Shown here in pieces: positions 1 to 10,976 of a stretch of DNA of 62,450 nt (position 1 is the stretch's first letter; the number at the start of each line of letters is the position of its first letter). The DNA lies in the IMG/VR virus record IMGVR_UViG_3300049012_000046, positions 1 to 62,450 of that record; one strand, given 5' to 3'. The notes beneath the pieces are model-generated. The model saw only the letters and a program-made list of their open reading frames with translations. It ran no database searches and was not told the DNA's origin. Source of the stretch: a virus. Its lineage: Duplodnaviria; Caudoviricetes. Made by a program: the position numbers and the translations under genes.

Positions 1-1
1 T

Positions 2-724
2 CTCAAGCGCGACGCAGCCGCCCGCGCGCTCAAGCGCGGCCACGCCCTGCAGCGCTTCACGAACCACTCTCCCGGCCGCGCGCGCGCCACCTGCCGGCAC
101 TGCGGCGCTGCAGCCGAGGTTGTGGCCGCGCCGCGCAGCGCCGAGCCCGCGCGCAGCGGCGCCGCACTGGTCACGTGGTGCGCTGCCCGGCCGGCCGCCG
201 ATGCGCACGCCGATGCGCTCGACGCCTCCTGGCCTCGCCCCGACGCTGCGCGCGACATCCTGCAGCAGCACCTGGGCCGGCGCTTCACGGCCGCGCAGGC
301 CCGCCTGTTCGTGGCCGACCTGAACACCCAGGCGCGCCAGCCCGTGCTGGACCCCGACGGCATCCTCGTGGCCATGCTCGAGGCCGCCTATGGCCTGGCG
401 CTGCCCGAGCTCGCCCGCCAGGCGCTGGCGCACTGGCTGCCGGGCAGCGCGCCCAAGCCGCTGCTGCCAAACCCGCTCCCGAGCCCGACAGCCCCAGCCA
501 CGCCCTGCGGGCCTGCCCCGGTGCCGCCCGAGGCGGTAGCCGCGCTCAAGGCGTTCTTCGGCTCCACGCCCGGGCCCGGCGAGGCGCGCACCGAGATCCT
601 GGCCCTCGCACGCCGATGCGAAGGCACGCCCAATGCGCGCGAGCAGGCGCTCGCCGCACAGCTTCAGCAAGCCACCGGCTTGCCCCTTGCCGCGCTTGCG
701 GCGCAACTGAAAGGAGAGACATGA
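2..724 (+). CDS. Hypothetical protein, 5'-truncated (CxxC near N-terminus, Pro-rich linker)
   Basis: Frame is open from nt 2 (LKRDAAARALKRGH...TCRHCG) to the stop at 724, which overlaps the next ATG. Confidence 0.7.
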   Translation, partial: LKRDAAARALKRGHALQRFTNHSPGRARATCRHCGAAAEVVAAPRSAEPARSGAALVTWCAARPAADAHADALDASWPRPDAARDILQQHLGRRFTAAQARLFVADLNTQARQPVLDPDGILVAMLEAAYGLALPELARQALAHWLPGSAPKPLLPNPLPSPTAPATPCGPAPVPPEAVAALKAFFGSTPGPGEARTEILALARRCEGTPNAREQALAAQLQQATGLPLAALAAQLKGET

Positions 725-1216
725 GCGACAACCCCTTCGAAATCGTCCCCATCGAGCTGACGCGGCGCGAGCTGCGCGTGCTGCAAGAGCTGTTGCGCAG
801 TGGCGGATTGATCCAGAGCCAGTTCGAACACCTGCGCTGGGTCCAGCGCAGCAACAACGAGGCAGGCAGCTACAACCGCAGCCACGAGGCCGCACTCGAC
901 CTGGCCGCACTCGATACCGCCATTCAAACCGTCCTCATGGGGGACTGACCATGAACCGACCCCTCACGCTCGATCTGGGCGAAGAAGCGCGCAACGCGCG
1001 CACCGATCGGCTGCTCGCGCACTGGCGCGGCCACAAGCAGGAGTGGTCGATGCTGTTCGGCGTGCTGTGCATGGATCACGGCAGCGTGGAGTATCGCGAG
1101 CGACTCGATCTGGTGTTCAACAACCTGCGCATCGCCGCGCGGCTGGATGAGCTGCGCGCGACGGCCGTCGCGAGGGATTCGAAGATCGCGCAGGTGATCG
1201 GCGGCAACCCGAGGGA

Positions 1217-1447
1217 ATGACCATGCCCAACCAGACCTACCGCGAAGTGCTCGAGCGCGTCGGCACGCCCCCGCACGACCACCCGCCGGCCTACTGGGAA
1301 GAGAAGGCCCACACCGCACAGGCATTCGGCCGGTGGGCCGAGGCCTATTGGCTGTGGCACGCCGCGGCCATCTCGAGTGCCGGGCGCTCGCGCAGCTACA
1401 TGTACGAGTGCCGCGCCGAGACCGCCTGGCAGCACGCCAACAGCTGA
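1217..1447 (+). CDS. Small helical protein, weakly ANR-family-like
   Basis: A..A...GRWAEAYWLWHAA...Y.CRA pattern; coupled start. Confidence 0.45.
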   Translation: MTMPNQTYREVLERVGTPPHDHPPAYWEEKAHTAQAFGRWAEAYWLWHAAAISSAGRSRSYMYECRAETAWQHANS

Positions 1448-1477
1448 CCCACCACCAACCACCAAGGAGATCTGACC

Positions 1478-1822
1478 ATGTACACCATCAGCCGAGAAGT
1501 CGTCCCCCTCTTTGCCGTCTGCGGCCAGATGTGGGAAATCGCCAAGCCCGACGGCAGCCGCCTGTGCATCGTCGCAGGCCCGCGCGAGCAAGCGCAGGCC
1601 GCGGTCGACGCGCTCAACGGTGAGCCCGAGTCCACGTACAGCATCGTGCGTCACTTCGCCAATGGCGAGCGGGAAACGCTGCACACGTGCCTGACGCTGG
1701 AAGACGCGAAGGCGCACTGCCGGGACCCCGAGACCTCGAGCAAGACCTGCACGAGCCGCGAAGGCCTTGCCCTTGCGGCGCAGCGCGGCCCCTGGTTTGA
1801 CGGCTACTACAAGGAGGACTGA
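1478..1822 (+). CDS. Conserved phage hypothetical protein
   Basis: AAGGAG RBS; C-terminal LTLEDAKAHCRDPETSS...WFDGY motif recalled from phage early proteins. Confidence 0.75.
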   Translation: MYTISREVVPLFAVCGQMWEIAKPDGSRLCIVAGPREQAQAAVDALNGEPESTYSIVRHFANGERETLHTCLTLEDAKAHCRDPETSSKTCTSREGLALAAQRGPWFDGYYKED

Positions 1823-2631
1823 TGGCCACGCCTGAAGTCGTCCAGGCGCTCACGCACCGCATGGACAAGGCGCACAAGGCCCTGGCCACGGCCGTGCGCA
1901 ACGGCTACCAGCCGGCGCGCCGCTTGCACCTGGGTGAGAAGTACGACCTGCAGCGCGAGACGCTCAAGCACAGCACCGATGCCGATCTCGTGCGCGCCTG
2001 GTTCGCCTGGTGCGATCGCAGGGACCTGGATCCGGACCATACGGCCGCGCACTTGCTCGCGACGAAGCTGTACACCGACATCGCGGGCATCATCAAGGAG
2101 GCAGATCATGACTGAATTCGAGACGCAGGTTGGGAAGATCGTGCAGGCGCGCGAGGCGGCGGCCGAGATGCTGCGCGTCGTGCAGCTGCAGCAGTGGCCG
2201 GACAGCCACTTCCTGACGTTGTACGAGGTGCTGACGGCCTGGGACGCGCCGCACGCCGCGCGCAACCTCACCCATTGCCTGCAGTACCCGGTGGGCGTGT
2301 TCTACGAGTGCGGCAAGCTGCCCGACGGCACCTACAGCTGGCGCGGCTTCCGCTACGGGCTGGAGGACTTCGAGTACCTGAGTGGCTTCGGGAGGTTCTG
2401 ATGCGCATTCGTGTGCCCGAGCCTGTGACCTTCGACATGCACGGGCCCTACCTCGCAGTCACGGTCGTCTGCCCGGTCTGCCAGGGGCCGAACCTGCTGA
2501 CGCACCTGGAAACCTACAGCAGCCCGGTTAAGCCGGTCCGGATCTGTCGGCACATGCGTGCCTATGGGACGGACGACGAGGGTGCGGGCTTCTTCGAGTT
2601 CGAAGACAACATCGGCTAATCTGTCAACCCT

Positions 2632-2662
2632 CAGGGCCGCAACGGCCCGACTTCAAAGGAGA
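2632..2662 (+). repeat. 31-bp repeat copy 1 (hairpin GGGCC-GCAAC-GGCCC + ACTTCAAAGGAG)
   Basis: CAGGGCCGCAACGGCCCGACTTCAAAGGAGA, identical to 2892-2922. Confidence 0.95.
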
Positions 2663-2666
2663 AACG

Positions 2667-2882
2667 ATGGATGTCTATGTGCTCTGGAATGGCGGCGCCT
2701 GGCTCGTCAAGGAGCGTGATTTCGCCGAGCATCAGTCGCGCTGCGATCCGGTCAATTTCGATGGCCGGCGCTGGCTCGATGCGTGGAAGCTGATCTACGA
2801 TGTGGATGGCCTCGAGCACGCACGGGACAAGGCCAAGCTGATGTTCGGTGAGCGTGGCGAGCGCTGGAAGAACCCCGCCTAG
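2667..2882 (+). CDS. Hypothetical protein flanked by the 31-bp direct repeats
   Basis: 71 aa ORF with strong RBS, lying between the repeat copies. Confidence 0.8.
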   Translation: MDVYVLWNGGAWLVKERDFAEHQSRCDPVNFDGRRWLDAWKLIYDVDGLEHARDKAKLMFGERGERWKNPA

Positions 2883-2891
2883 CCAGTAACC

Positions 2892-2922
2892 CAGGGCCGC
2901 AACGGCCCGACTTCAAAGGAGA
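2892..2922 (+). repeat. 31-bp repeat copy 2
   Basis: Identical to 2632-2662; supplies the RBS for 2929. Confidence 0.95.
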
Positions 2923-2928
2923 TCGAAC

Positions 2929-3183
2929 ATGACGCACGATCGCCACGCCGAACAGACCTGGCGCACCCAGTTCGAAGGCGGCAACCCGGCCAACTGCCCG
3001 CGCTACCCGATCGGGCTGCCGCGCTTCCCGCACAAGCCTGCGACCAACTGGGACACCGTGGCCCTGCTGGTGCTCATCGCCTGCCTGGGCATCGGCTTCG
3101 CGGCCGGCTGCCTGGAGTGGCCCAGGGTGGGCCTGGGTGCGCTCGGCGTGGGCGTGGTTGTCGGACTGGTGGCGCTGGCATGA
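2929..3183 (+). CDS. Small membrane protein (2 TM)
   Basis: Two hydrophobic stretches in the C-terminal half. Confidence 0.75.
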   Translation: MTHDRHAEQTWRTQFEGGNPANCPRYPIGLPRFPHKPATNWDTVALLVLIACLGIGFAAGCLEWPRVGLGALGVGVVVGLVALA

Positions 3184-3555
3184 ACCTCGCCAACAGATGG
3201 AAGTTCGCCGTGGGCATCTCGCACCACACCACCGTGACCGTGAACGCACCCTACTACAAGCTGGCGGTCGATCGAGCACGCGAAGCGATGGACAAGCGCT
3301 ACGAGCGCCAAGACAGAGAGCCGCCCGTCGCCTGGGACCTTGCCCTGGTCGAAGCGTGGCACCACACACGAGGGGGAGACAGACCGTGAGCAAGCCCACA
3401 CGACTGGAGCTGCTGGAGTACGCACTGGAGGGCGTGCGTACGCTGCTCGGTTCGCACCCCGACCCGAACAGATATCCCGACGACATCAACGAGCTCGAAG
3501 CCCACCTGGAGCACATCGAGAAGTTGATCGAGCGCGAACGCGCGAAGGAGAAGAA

Positions 3556-3939
3556 GTGAAGCTCAGGCCCGCGCCCTACAACGCTGTCACGCACGTCCAG
3601 TCCGCCCTGCGCTCGCTGCAGCACGCCGCCGCGCTGCTGCGCTCGGCCGACTGCCCCAAGACACTCGAGCGCACCCGGCTTGCCATCAGCTCGTGTTACG
3701 GCGCGCTGCGCCACGCCGAGCGGCGCGAGCGTGCGCAGATGCGCACCCCGAACGATCTGCTGCGTGCAGACGGCCGCGTTGCAATCACACACGTCGCGCC
3801 TGATGGTGCGATCACGGTCGTTGGCAGAACCGCGACGGTGGCCGATGCGGAGGAGTTTCTCGCACTGTCCGCAACGATCGATCCCGACGAGCTCGAGGCC
3901 GGCAATTACGGCATCGATCCGCCCGAAGAACTGTGTTGA
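3556..3939 (+). CDS. Hypothetical protein
   Basis: GTGA-coupled start with RBS. Confidence 0.7.
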   Translation: MKLRPAPYNAVTHVQSALRSLQHAAALLRSADCPKTLERTRLAISSCYGALRHAERRERAQMRTPNDLLRADGRVAITHVAPDGAITVVGRTATVADAEEFLALSATIDPDELEAGNYGIDPPEELC

Positions 3940-4091
3940 AGGGAGGGACCCGAAATGATTGTCGCTGGCCACTGGCACCTGCGCGATGGCACCGTCATCG
4001 CAACCATCCAGCGCCCCGGCTGGATTGACCGCTGCATCGCCCGCCTGGTGCTGGGCTGGTGCTGGATTCCGACGGAAGGAGAACGCAAGTG

Positions 4092-4598
4092 ATGACCATC
4101 TACCACCTGGACGCGGAGACGTTTGCCAGGCTGGAACAGATCCTCACCCAGCTGTACGGCCATGGCGAGGTGCTCACGCCCGACGCGCGGCGCGACCTGG
4201 CGCACCGGCTTGGCCTGGTGGTCGACACGATCCGCTCGTGCATGGAGCAGGTGGAGGAGCCCCAACCGCAGCCGGAGCTCCAGCCGGAGTCGGACGTGAC
4301 GATGACGCAGCTCGAGAACATCGTGTACGAGCACTGGACGACGGTGCTGCAGCAGGCTGCGGCCAAGGAGGGCTGGTGCCTGTCGGTGTGCTACGGCAGC
4401 ATGTACGGGCCGCTGCAAGTGCAGTCGCTCGACAGCCCCGATGAAGGCGCGCCCCGCTTGGACAGCGACGACGAGGCGCATTTGATCGTGCGGCAGGGGA
4501 CCGAGCGCCACCACATGGAGGCGCTGCGCCTGCTGCGCATCTTCAACCCTGCGGAGTACGAGCGCGTGATGAACGATCACTCGCGCCTCGGCCGCTGA
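4092..4598 (+). CDS. Hypothetical protein
   Basis: TGATG-coupled start; 168 aa. Confidence 0.75.
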   Translation: MTIYHLDAETFARLEQILTQLYGHGEVLTPDARRDLAHRLGLVVDTIRSCMEQVEEPQPQPELQPESDVTMTQLENIVYEHWTTVLQQAAAKEGWCLSVCYGSMYGPLQVQSLDSPDEGAPRLDSDDEAHLIVRQGTERHHMEALRLLRIFNPAEYERVMNDHSRLGR

Positions 4599-4615
4599 CT
4601 TCAAAGGAGCAAACG

Positions 4616-4849
4616 ATGAAGACCAACGGGCAGCTACTCTACGAGCACAAGCATCCCGCCACGATTCGCGTGGTGCTCGCTGATGAGCGGGCCTTTGCGA
4701 CGAAGGACGACGTGTTCGAAGTGCCGAACCCGGCCGCGCCGGTGGCCTGGCGTTTCCTCACCGAAAGCTGCCGCAAGTCCTGGGAGACCAGCGCTGTCGG
4801 CCACTACCTCTTCAGCAAGGCCCAACAACTTCAAAGGAGCAACGAATGA
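4616..4849 (+). CDS. Hypothetical protein flanked by ACTTCAAAGGAGCAA repeats
   Basis: Motif at 4598-4612 and 4828-4842. Confidence 0.75.
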   Translation: MKTNGQLLYEHKHPATIRVVLADERAFATKDDVFEVPNPAAPVAWRFLTESCRKSWETSAVGHYLFSKAQQLQRSNE

Positions 4850-5202
4850 CCGAAGTCTTCTACACCCACGCGCAGATGACGCGCCTGCTCGAAGAGCAGC
4901 GCGCCGAGCTGCAGCAGACCATCAACGGCCTGGCTTCCAACGTGTATGCGTTGGAGCAGAAGGTGCGCGAGCAGGCCGAGGAGCTGGCCGAGCTCAGCCT
5001 GAAGGGCGTGCCCAACCTCGACTGCCTGCCCGAGGGCGACTACCTGCCGACGAAGACGGCCCTCGACCTGCTGGCCGACTACTGCTTCAACAAGCGGGCG
5101 GCCATGAACCTGCGTGCCAGCGGCCGCATCGAGCAGGCACTGGCGTACGAGCGGGACTGCGACCAGATCTACGGCCGGCTGCCGGAGTGGGCGAAATGGT
5201 GA
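4846..5202 (+). CDS. Coiled-coil hypothetical protein
   Basis: Heptad-like N-terminal half; RBS motif upstream. Confidence 0.75.
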   Translation: MTEVFYTHAQMTRLLEEQRAELQQTINGLASNVYALEQKVREQAEELAELSLKGVPNLDCLPEGDYLPTKTALDLLADYCFNKRAAMNLRASGRIEQALAYERDCDQIYGRLPEWAKW

Positions 5203-5567
5203 CCACGATCCATAACGTGGCTGAGCTGTGCGAGCAGCTCGGCGTCGAGCATCCCGAACAGATCGCAAGGTGCCTGTACAAGGCCACCGACTGCGGTGCC
5301 TGGATCAGGCTCAGCGCTGACTCTGTGCTCGTCGGCAGCATCGTGGAGGGCGCCGACTTCGGCACTGCCACCTACCGCTTGCGCTACCCGTTCACGATGG
5401 AGGACTTCGATGCACGCATCCAGGCGATCGAAGTCGAGGCCGACGCGATCTGGCAGTGGGCGAATCTGGAGGGCGAGGACGAGGACGGTAGGACAGCAGC
5501 CGAAGCCGGCTTGCCCCCACCGGACATCGAGTACCCAGAGCTGAACCCCGAGGGAAGGAGCAGCTGA
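5196..5567 (+). CDS. Acidic hypothetical protein
   Basis: Overlapping start; YKATDCGAW...GSIVEG motif. Confidence 0.7.
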   Translation: MVTTIHNVAELCEQLGVEHPEQIARCLYKATDCGAWIRLSADSVLVGSIVEGADFGTATYRLRYPFTMEDFDARIQAIEVEADAIWQWANLEGEDEDGRTAAEAGLPPPDIEYPELNPEGRSS

Positions 5568-6181
5568 TGAGCGCCTACCACGGTGACAAGGAGACCTTCG
5601 TCCACGACGGCCATCGCTTCGAGATGCGGATCGAGCACGACGACAGCATGGGCGCGCCCTGGGAAGAGCACGACGGGCATGGGCCGGTGCGCGTGGTGCG
5701 TGCCTACTACGGCCTGAAGGACACGGGCAAGAAGCGCCCCGGCGAGCGCGTGCTGCACCAAAGCGGCGGCGACTACTGGCTGTACGACTGGCAGGCGGCG
5801 TGCCGGCTCGCGCGCAAGGACGGCTGGGATGCCGACCCAATCGGCGAGCCCAGCCGCGTCGAGCGCGCGGTGCAGGCCGACTTCTATCGGCTACGCGGCT
5901 GGCTCGACGACCAGTGGTACTGGGTCGGCGTGTGCGTGCGCGAGGTGGCTGACGACCATCGAGCGCGCGACGACAGCAGCTGGTACGAGCACGCCCTCTG
6001 GGGCATCGAAAGCGACAGCCCCGACTACCACAAGGAGGTGGCACACCAGCTGGCGGAAGACATCCTGTACCCGCGACGCAAGGCCTGGCGCTTGGCCCTT
6101 GCCCAGGCGCGGGAGCAGCGCAACGCGGAACGGCTTGCGGCTGTCATGGCCGCACCAATCGGAGGTCTGTGGCATGGGTAG
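5567..6181 (+). CDS. Conserved phage hypothetical protein
   Basis: PWEEHDGHG...LRGWLDDQWYWVGV...LWGIESD motifs recalled from phage early proteins. Confidence 0.8.
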   Translation: MSAYHGDKETFVHDGHRFEMRIEHDDSMGAPWEEHDGHGPVRVVRAYYGLKDTGKKRPGERVLHQSGGDYWLYDWQAACRLARKDGWDADPIGEPSRVERAVQADFYRLRGWLDDQWYWVGVCVREVADDHRARDDSSWYEHALWGIESDSPDYHKEVAHQLAEDILYPRRKAWRLALAQAREQRNAERLAAVMAAPIGGLWHG

Positions 6182-6394
6182 CAATCTGGGGAGCCCGAGG
6201 GCGTTCTCGGCGCCGACCGAGGACGACATCAAGCAGGCCTGGCGCGCGGTCTCCAAGCTTGACTCGCTGGGCTACGTCACGTCGCTGGGCATGTCGGTGG
6301 CGCGCTGCGTGTATGCGATCGAGCAGATGCGCGAGGCGCTGGGCATGCACCGGCCCGATGTGCAGGAGTGGACGTTCAAGAAGGGAGACGACTG

Positions 6395-6802
6395 ATGGGC
6401 CTCTCGCTTGACCGTGTCATCGCCATGAAGTCGGTGCTCGTGCAGCGCATCGACGGCATGTTCGCAACCCTCATCAAGGAGCATCGCACGCAGGAGTGGC
6501 TGCTGGAGCGCAGGCGGGAGGAGATCTTCGATGCGCCCGACTACCAGCGCTTGCCCAAGTGGGCGCAGGAGCAGATCCGCGGCTATTACTTCGGCAAGGC
6601 GGACATGGTCAACCGGTACATGACGGTCTTCGCCTATCTGTACAAGGGCCAGCTGTACCGCACGACGTTGGACAAGCACAGCCCGTGGCCGACGTGGGAG
6701 GAGTCGCCGGTGGGCAATCAGATCTGCAACCGGTACGAGCAGTCGGGCTTCTGGTGGCCTGACGGCAAGATGTATTTCGCAACCACGAGGACCGAACAAT
6801 GA
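6395..6802 (+). CDS. Hypothetical protein
   Basis: TGATG-coupled; aromatic-rich, 135 aa. Confidence 0.75.
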   Translation: MGLSLDRVIAMKSVLVQRIDGMFATLIKEHRTQEWLLERRREEIFDAPDYQRLPKWAQEQIRGYYFGKADMVNRYMTVFAYLYKGQLYRTTLDKHSPWPTWEESPVGNQICNRYEQSGFWWPDGKMYFATTRTEQ

Positions 6803-7171
6803 TGAAACTTTGGACGGTGTGTGTCGACCTGGAGGTCGCTGCCGATACCGACGAGGAGGCGTATCGAATCGTCGAGGCTGCCATCCGTCGCCTGTTTGGG
6901 CCGGACATCCAGGACGGCGGCGTGACGTGCGTGTTCGACCCTGAAGACCCTGACGAAGACCAAGAGGAGTTTCCCGAATGACCAAACCCGACATCAACAC
7001 TCTGCGCATGCACCTGGTCGGCTGCGCCTTCCTGCTCTCGCGCATCCAGCACCACGTGCCCGAGATGGATCGCGAGTGCATCCACCAGGCACTGCGTGAC
7101 GTGGTGGACCTGTTCCCCGACAACTTCGAGCTGGTGAGAAGTTCCATCGGCCTCTGCCTGGAGATGAAGCT

Positions 7172-7471
7172 GTGATTCAATCCGATTCCGAAATTCGCCA
7201 CCACGCCGGCGGCACGACCATCACCGGGCCCGACGCGATGAACTACTTCCGCGCCGTGCAGATCAAGCTGTTCATCGGCCTGTACATCAAGACGGGCATG
7301 ATCCCGACGCGGGGCGTGACGATCTCCAGGATGCTGAAGATGGCCACGGAGTACACGGGGCAGAAGTACAAGAACAGCCGGCCCGAGTGGGAGCGGGCGC
7401 GCGCCGACATGGAGGTGTGGTGCGCCACGATGAAGGCGGCGCTGCCGATCGTGCACGAGGGGGAGCAATGA
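7172..7471 (+). CDS. Hypothetical phage protein
   Basis: GTGA-coupled; KTGMIPTRG...TGQKYK motif. Confidence 0.75.
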   Translation: MIQSDSEIRHHAGGTTITGPDAMNYFRAVQIKLFIGLYIKTGMIPTRGVTISRMLKMATEYTGQKYKNSRPEWERARADMEVWCATMKAALPIVHEGEQ

Positions 7472-8123
7472 AGATCCAGCTGGCCAAGTCTCCCTGCTGG
7501 CCACCGTACAGTGTGGTCGTCACCGACGCCCACGGTCGCGAGCTGTGGGATTGGGACTGTGCATCCAGCAGCGTCGAAGACACCTTGGCACTGGCGGCGC
7601 AGCAGTACCCCGGCGAAGAAGTCATCGGCTTCGATGACCCGCGCCACTACAGCCAACAAGGAGGCAAGCGGTGAGCATGATCGTCGAAGGTGGCGCCGAC
7701 GGCCTGGCGCACTTCACGTTCTTCCGGCTGGGCTCGGCGCTGCACGTGGCCAACCACCTGATGACCAACAGCGTCAGCTTCTACTTCGAGCCGGCGGTGG
7801 GCTGCAATACGCACATCACCGTCAACGGTGCGGCGGCCGAGCGCCTGTTCGCGTGGTGCGAGGACCAGGGGCTGACGTTCAAGGTGGAAAGGCAGGTGCA
7901 GCATGACAACTGACCCCGGCCGCGAAGCGCTAGCCACGCTGCAGCGGATCGTCGATGAGTGTGCCGAGCTGCGCCGCTTGGCCTATGACCAGGCGGCGAC
8001 GATCGCGGTGCTCAGGAACGAGCACAACCAGATGCGGGGTTTGCTGGTAGGCCTTGCGGCAACCAGCCGGATTCAGCCGGCGCAGCGTGCGCACATCGCA
8101 GCCGTTCTCGAAAGGACCAAGCC

Positions 8124-8669
8124 TTGAATCTGAAACCCGGCCGCTACCGGCTGACCACGACCATCAAGAACCCGGCGCGCGATCGGCGCCGCACCACCGA
8201 CTGGCGCGTCTGCAAGGACGAGATCAAGGAGGGCACCGAGTTCAACATCTGGCCGCACACGCTCGACTGGGACATCACGTGCAAGGAGACGGGCAAGGTG
8301 CTCAGACCCGCCGGCGAGACCGTCGGCTACAAGCTGGCGCCTCGCAGCAACATGTACAGGCTGAGCCAGTACCTGCTGGTCAAGCTCGACGGCAGCCCGT
8401 GGCACAGGGACCACAAGGACAAGGTGGATGCCCTTGCTCAGGCTCTGCTGGTGAACTTCGAGTACGTCGACGACGAGGTAGAGCCCGAGACCAGGGAGCA
8501 GCGCATCGAGCGCGAGCGCGATGAGCTGCGCGCCGCGCTGGTCGAGCTGCACACCCTCGTGGGCAACGTGCTGACTGACAACCAGCTCGACTTCAAGATC
8601 GGCGATCGCCCGACCATCCGCCAGCGCTACGAGCCGATCACCAAGCTGCTCGAAAGGATTCACCCGTGA
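8124..8669 (+). CDS. Hypothetical protein
   Basis: TTGA-coupled 181 aa ORF with phage-typical codon use. Confidence 0.75.
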   Translation: MNLKPGRYRLTTTIKNPARDRRRTTDWRVCKDEIKEGTEFNIWPHTLDWDITCKETGKVLRPAGETVGYKLAPRSNMYRLSQYLLVKLDGSPWHRDHKDKVDALAQALLVNFEYVDDEVEPETREQRIERERDELRAALVELHTLVGNVLTDNQLDFKIGDRPTIRQRYEPITKLLERIHP

Positions 8670-9013
8670 ACGAAGTCAAGATCTGCACCTTCACCAACCC
8701 CGTCGGCATCCCGATGGCCGCCAAGCTGGTGCCTGTCGGCCGGCGCTATGGCAAGGACATGTGCTGCATCAACGACGAGGGCGTGGCATTCCAGAACGGT
8801 CCGCAGCCGATGGTCGAGTTCTACGACCTGCGCTGGGACCATACGGCGCTCGGCCAGTTCATCAGCCGCTACTACGTCAGCACGCTGCGCGAGCGGCCGA
8901 TCGGCGGGCTGTGCCTGGACGGCGGCGTGCCGGACTGGCACATCAGCGAACGCAACTTCTCGTTCGTGATGTTCGAACTGGACTTGTGCTACCCGAGGGC
9001 GAACGGAGGATGA
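8666..9013 (+). CDS. Conserved phage hypothetical protein
   Basis: VEFYD...GQFISRYYVSTL...GLCLDGG motif. Confidence 0.8.
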   Translation: MNEVKICTFTNPVGIPMAAKLVPVGRRYGKDMCCINDEGVAFQNGPQPMVEFYDLRWDHTALGQFISRYYVSTLRERPIGGLCLDGGVPDWHISERNFSFVMFELDLCYPRANGG

Positions 9014-9260
9014 GCCGCGACCATCTTCTCGGGTCGACTGCGGTACCCTCCCGGCCGCTCGGTCCGCCCACCTTCGAGCCTGGCGACAGTGTGCGGTTCA
9101 AGCCGCCGTACATGGATCGCAAGATCTACACCGTGAGCCGTGTCGTGGGCTCGGGCCGGAAGGCCGATGTGTGGTTCGTCGGTGGCGGTACCGGCTGGGC
9201 GATGAACCTGGAAAGAGTCGCCAAGCGCCAACGCAGTGGCATCAACTTCAAAGGAGCAAC

Positions 9261-9605
9261 ATGAAGATCGCTTTCAACACTGGCCGCCTGTACACCAAGC
9301 AGGGCCAGCCGATGACCGTGACGTTGATCGAGAACCCCGACTACACCTACTCGGCCGTCTTCGTCGACCACGGCCGCGGCATCGACGGCGTCGTGCCAAT
9401 GTTCCGCAGGCCTGACTACAGCTACGACCTGGCGCGTCTGGTGATGCATGCCTACGACCATGGGCAGTACCGTCACGTGAGGACGTACGACCAGAAGGAC
9501 GGCAAGTACGTGGAGACCGCCGAGTACCAGGCCAAGGAGGCGATGCGCAAGGTGGACTGGGCCGAAACCGCCGGCGCCGAGACGATCGAGAAAGGGTGGC
9601 TGTGA
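9261..9605 (+). CDS. Hypothetical phage protein
   Basis: ACTTCAAAGGAG motif at 9245-9256; FNTGRLYT..GQ...FVDHGRGIDG motif. Confidence 0.8.
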   Translation: MKIAFNTGRLYTKQGQPMTVTLIENPDYTYSAVFVDHGRGIDGVVPMFRRPDYSYDLARLVMHAYDHGQYRHVRTYDQKDGKYVETAEYQAKEAMRKVDWAETAGAETIEKGWL

Positions 9606-9882
9606 TGGACGAGAAGGAATTTCACGCGGCGATCTCGGCGACCTGCAGGTCGATGGATCATGTGGCCGCCAACCTGCGCAGCCTGGCCATGTCATTCAGC
9701 CGCACCGGCAACTCGGTCGTCGCGAAGGAGCTGACCAGCTACGCCGATCTGCTGGACGACCGGGCGGAGCAGCTGCAGGCCGATCGCGGTGCGCACCTGC
9801 GGCAGCAGTTCGACGAGTCGACCCAGCAAATGGGGCGCATCCTGACGTCGCTGGCGAACAAGGTCACAGGGGAGGGCAGGTG

Positions 9883-10143
9883 ATGGCACTCGCGCTCAAG
9901 CGATACACCGCCAACGCTGGCGACTTCTATCGGGACGTGCTCGGTCAAGCACTCGACGGTGGCCGCACCATCTCGATCAACACGCTGGGTCGCGCCATCT
10001 ACGAGGGGCAGATTGTCGAGTTGAGCCCGGTCGGTGTTCATCTGGAGTGGACGAACGGCGGCGTCCCAGGCTACCGAGAATACAGTCAGGTGTTCATCGC
10101 CATCGAGCATATCGTTGGCATCAGCGTCAAGGGGGTCAGGTGA
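9883..10143 (+). CDS. Possible Sm/Hfq-like fold protein
   Basis: Helix followed by beta strands (YEGQIVEL...FIAIEHIVGISV) resembling Sm1/Sm2 motifs. Confidence 0.45.
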   Translation: MALALKRYTANAGDFYRDVLGQALDGGRTISINTLGRAIYEGQIVELSPVGVHLEWTNGGVPGYREYSQVFIAIEHIVGISVKGVR

Positions 10144-10976
10144 TGGCGCACTACTTCGCTGATGCCGCGGACTGCATGTGGCGGCTGGCCCAGGTGGCCG
10201 CGGACGACGCCTACGCCAACAAGATCGGCGCCCAGCTTGCCGAGGCGTTGGGTGTCAAGCGTGACACGCAGCACCCCGAGGGCTGGGCCACCACCTACGG
10301 CTGGAAGACCGACGCCGGCTTGGCGCGCACGGCGCTGCGCATTCTGATGGAGGCACAGTGATCAATCGGCTCGAAGCCAAGTACATCCTGGCCGGCAATC
10401 ACGAGCTGCTGACGCAGCTGTTCAACGAACGCGACCGGCTGCGCAACATGCTCAAGTGGGTGCGGCGCGTTCTGCCCGCGGCCGCCGACTGCCCGGAGCC
10501 GGGCGTCAACTTGGTCAACTACACCGACATCGAGTGGGATCAGCTGTGCGAGGTGACCAAGATGATTGACGCGGAGCTGGGCCCGAGCGCCCTGGTGAAG
10601 CTGTTCAAGGAGAAGCTGAAGTGAACGAAGACAAACCCACCGCAGTTGTCACCCTGAAGATCAAGTCGAACACCGGCTATGCGGCCACCAACAACTTCGC
10701 CGGCGTCACGCCCGAGCAGTACGGCGAGGCCTGCGGCGTGCTCAATGGCAACGTCGATCCGATGCGCATGCGCCACCTGCTGCAGGAGTTCAAGCGCTTC
10801 GCCGAGAGCGGGCAGTCGTTCATCTACCCGGCGGGCACGTGGCAGGAGTTGCAGGATTTGCTGAAGTGACCCAGCGTGACACCGCGCCCCAGCTTCTGCT
10901 CACGACCACCTACTGCTGTGAGCGGGCTGTTGGGACTGGCCGGCGCATGTGCGCCGAATGTGAAGGGAGTTTTCCG

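Noticed and set aside
2632-2922. 31-bp and 29-bp repeats as a CRISPR array or attC/integron sites
   Set aside because: Only two copies each, separated by whole genes (176-229 nt between copies); they contain RBSs; no cas or integron integrase and no attC-type structure
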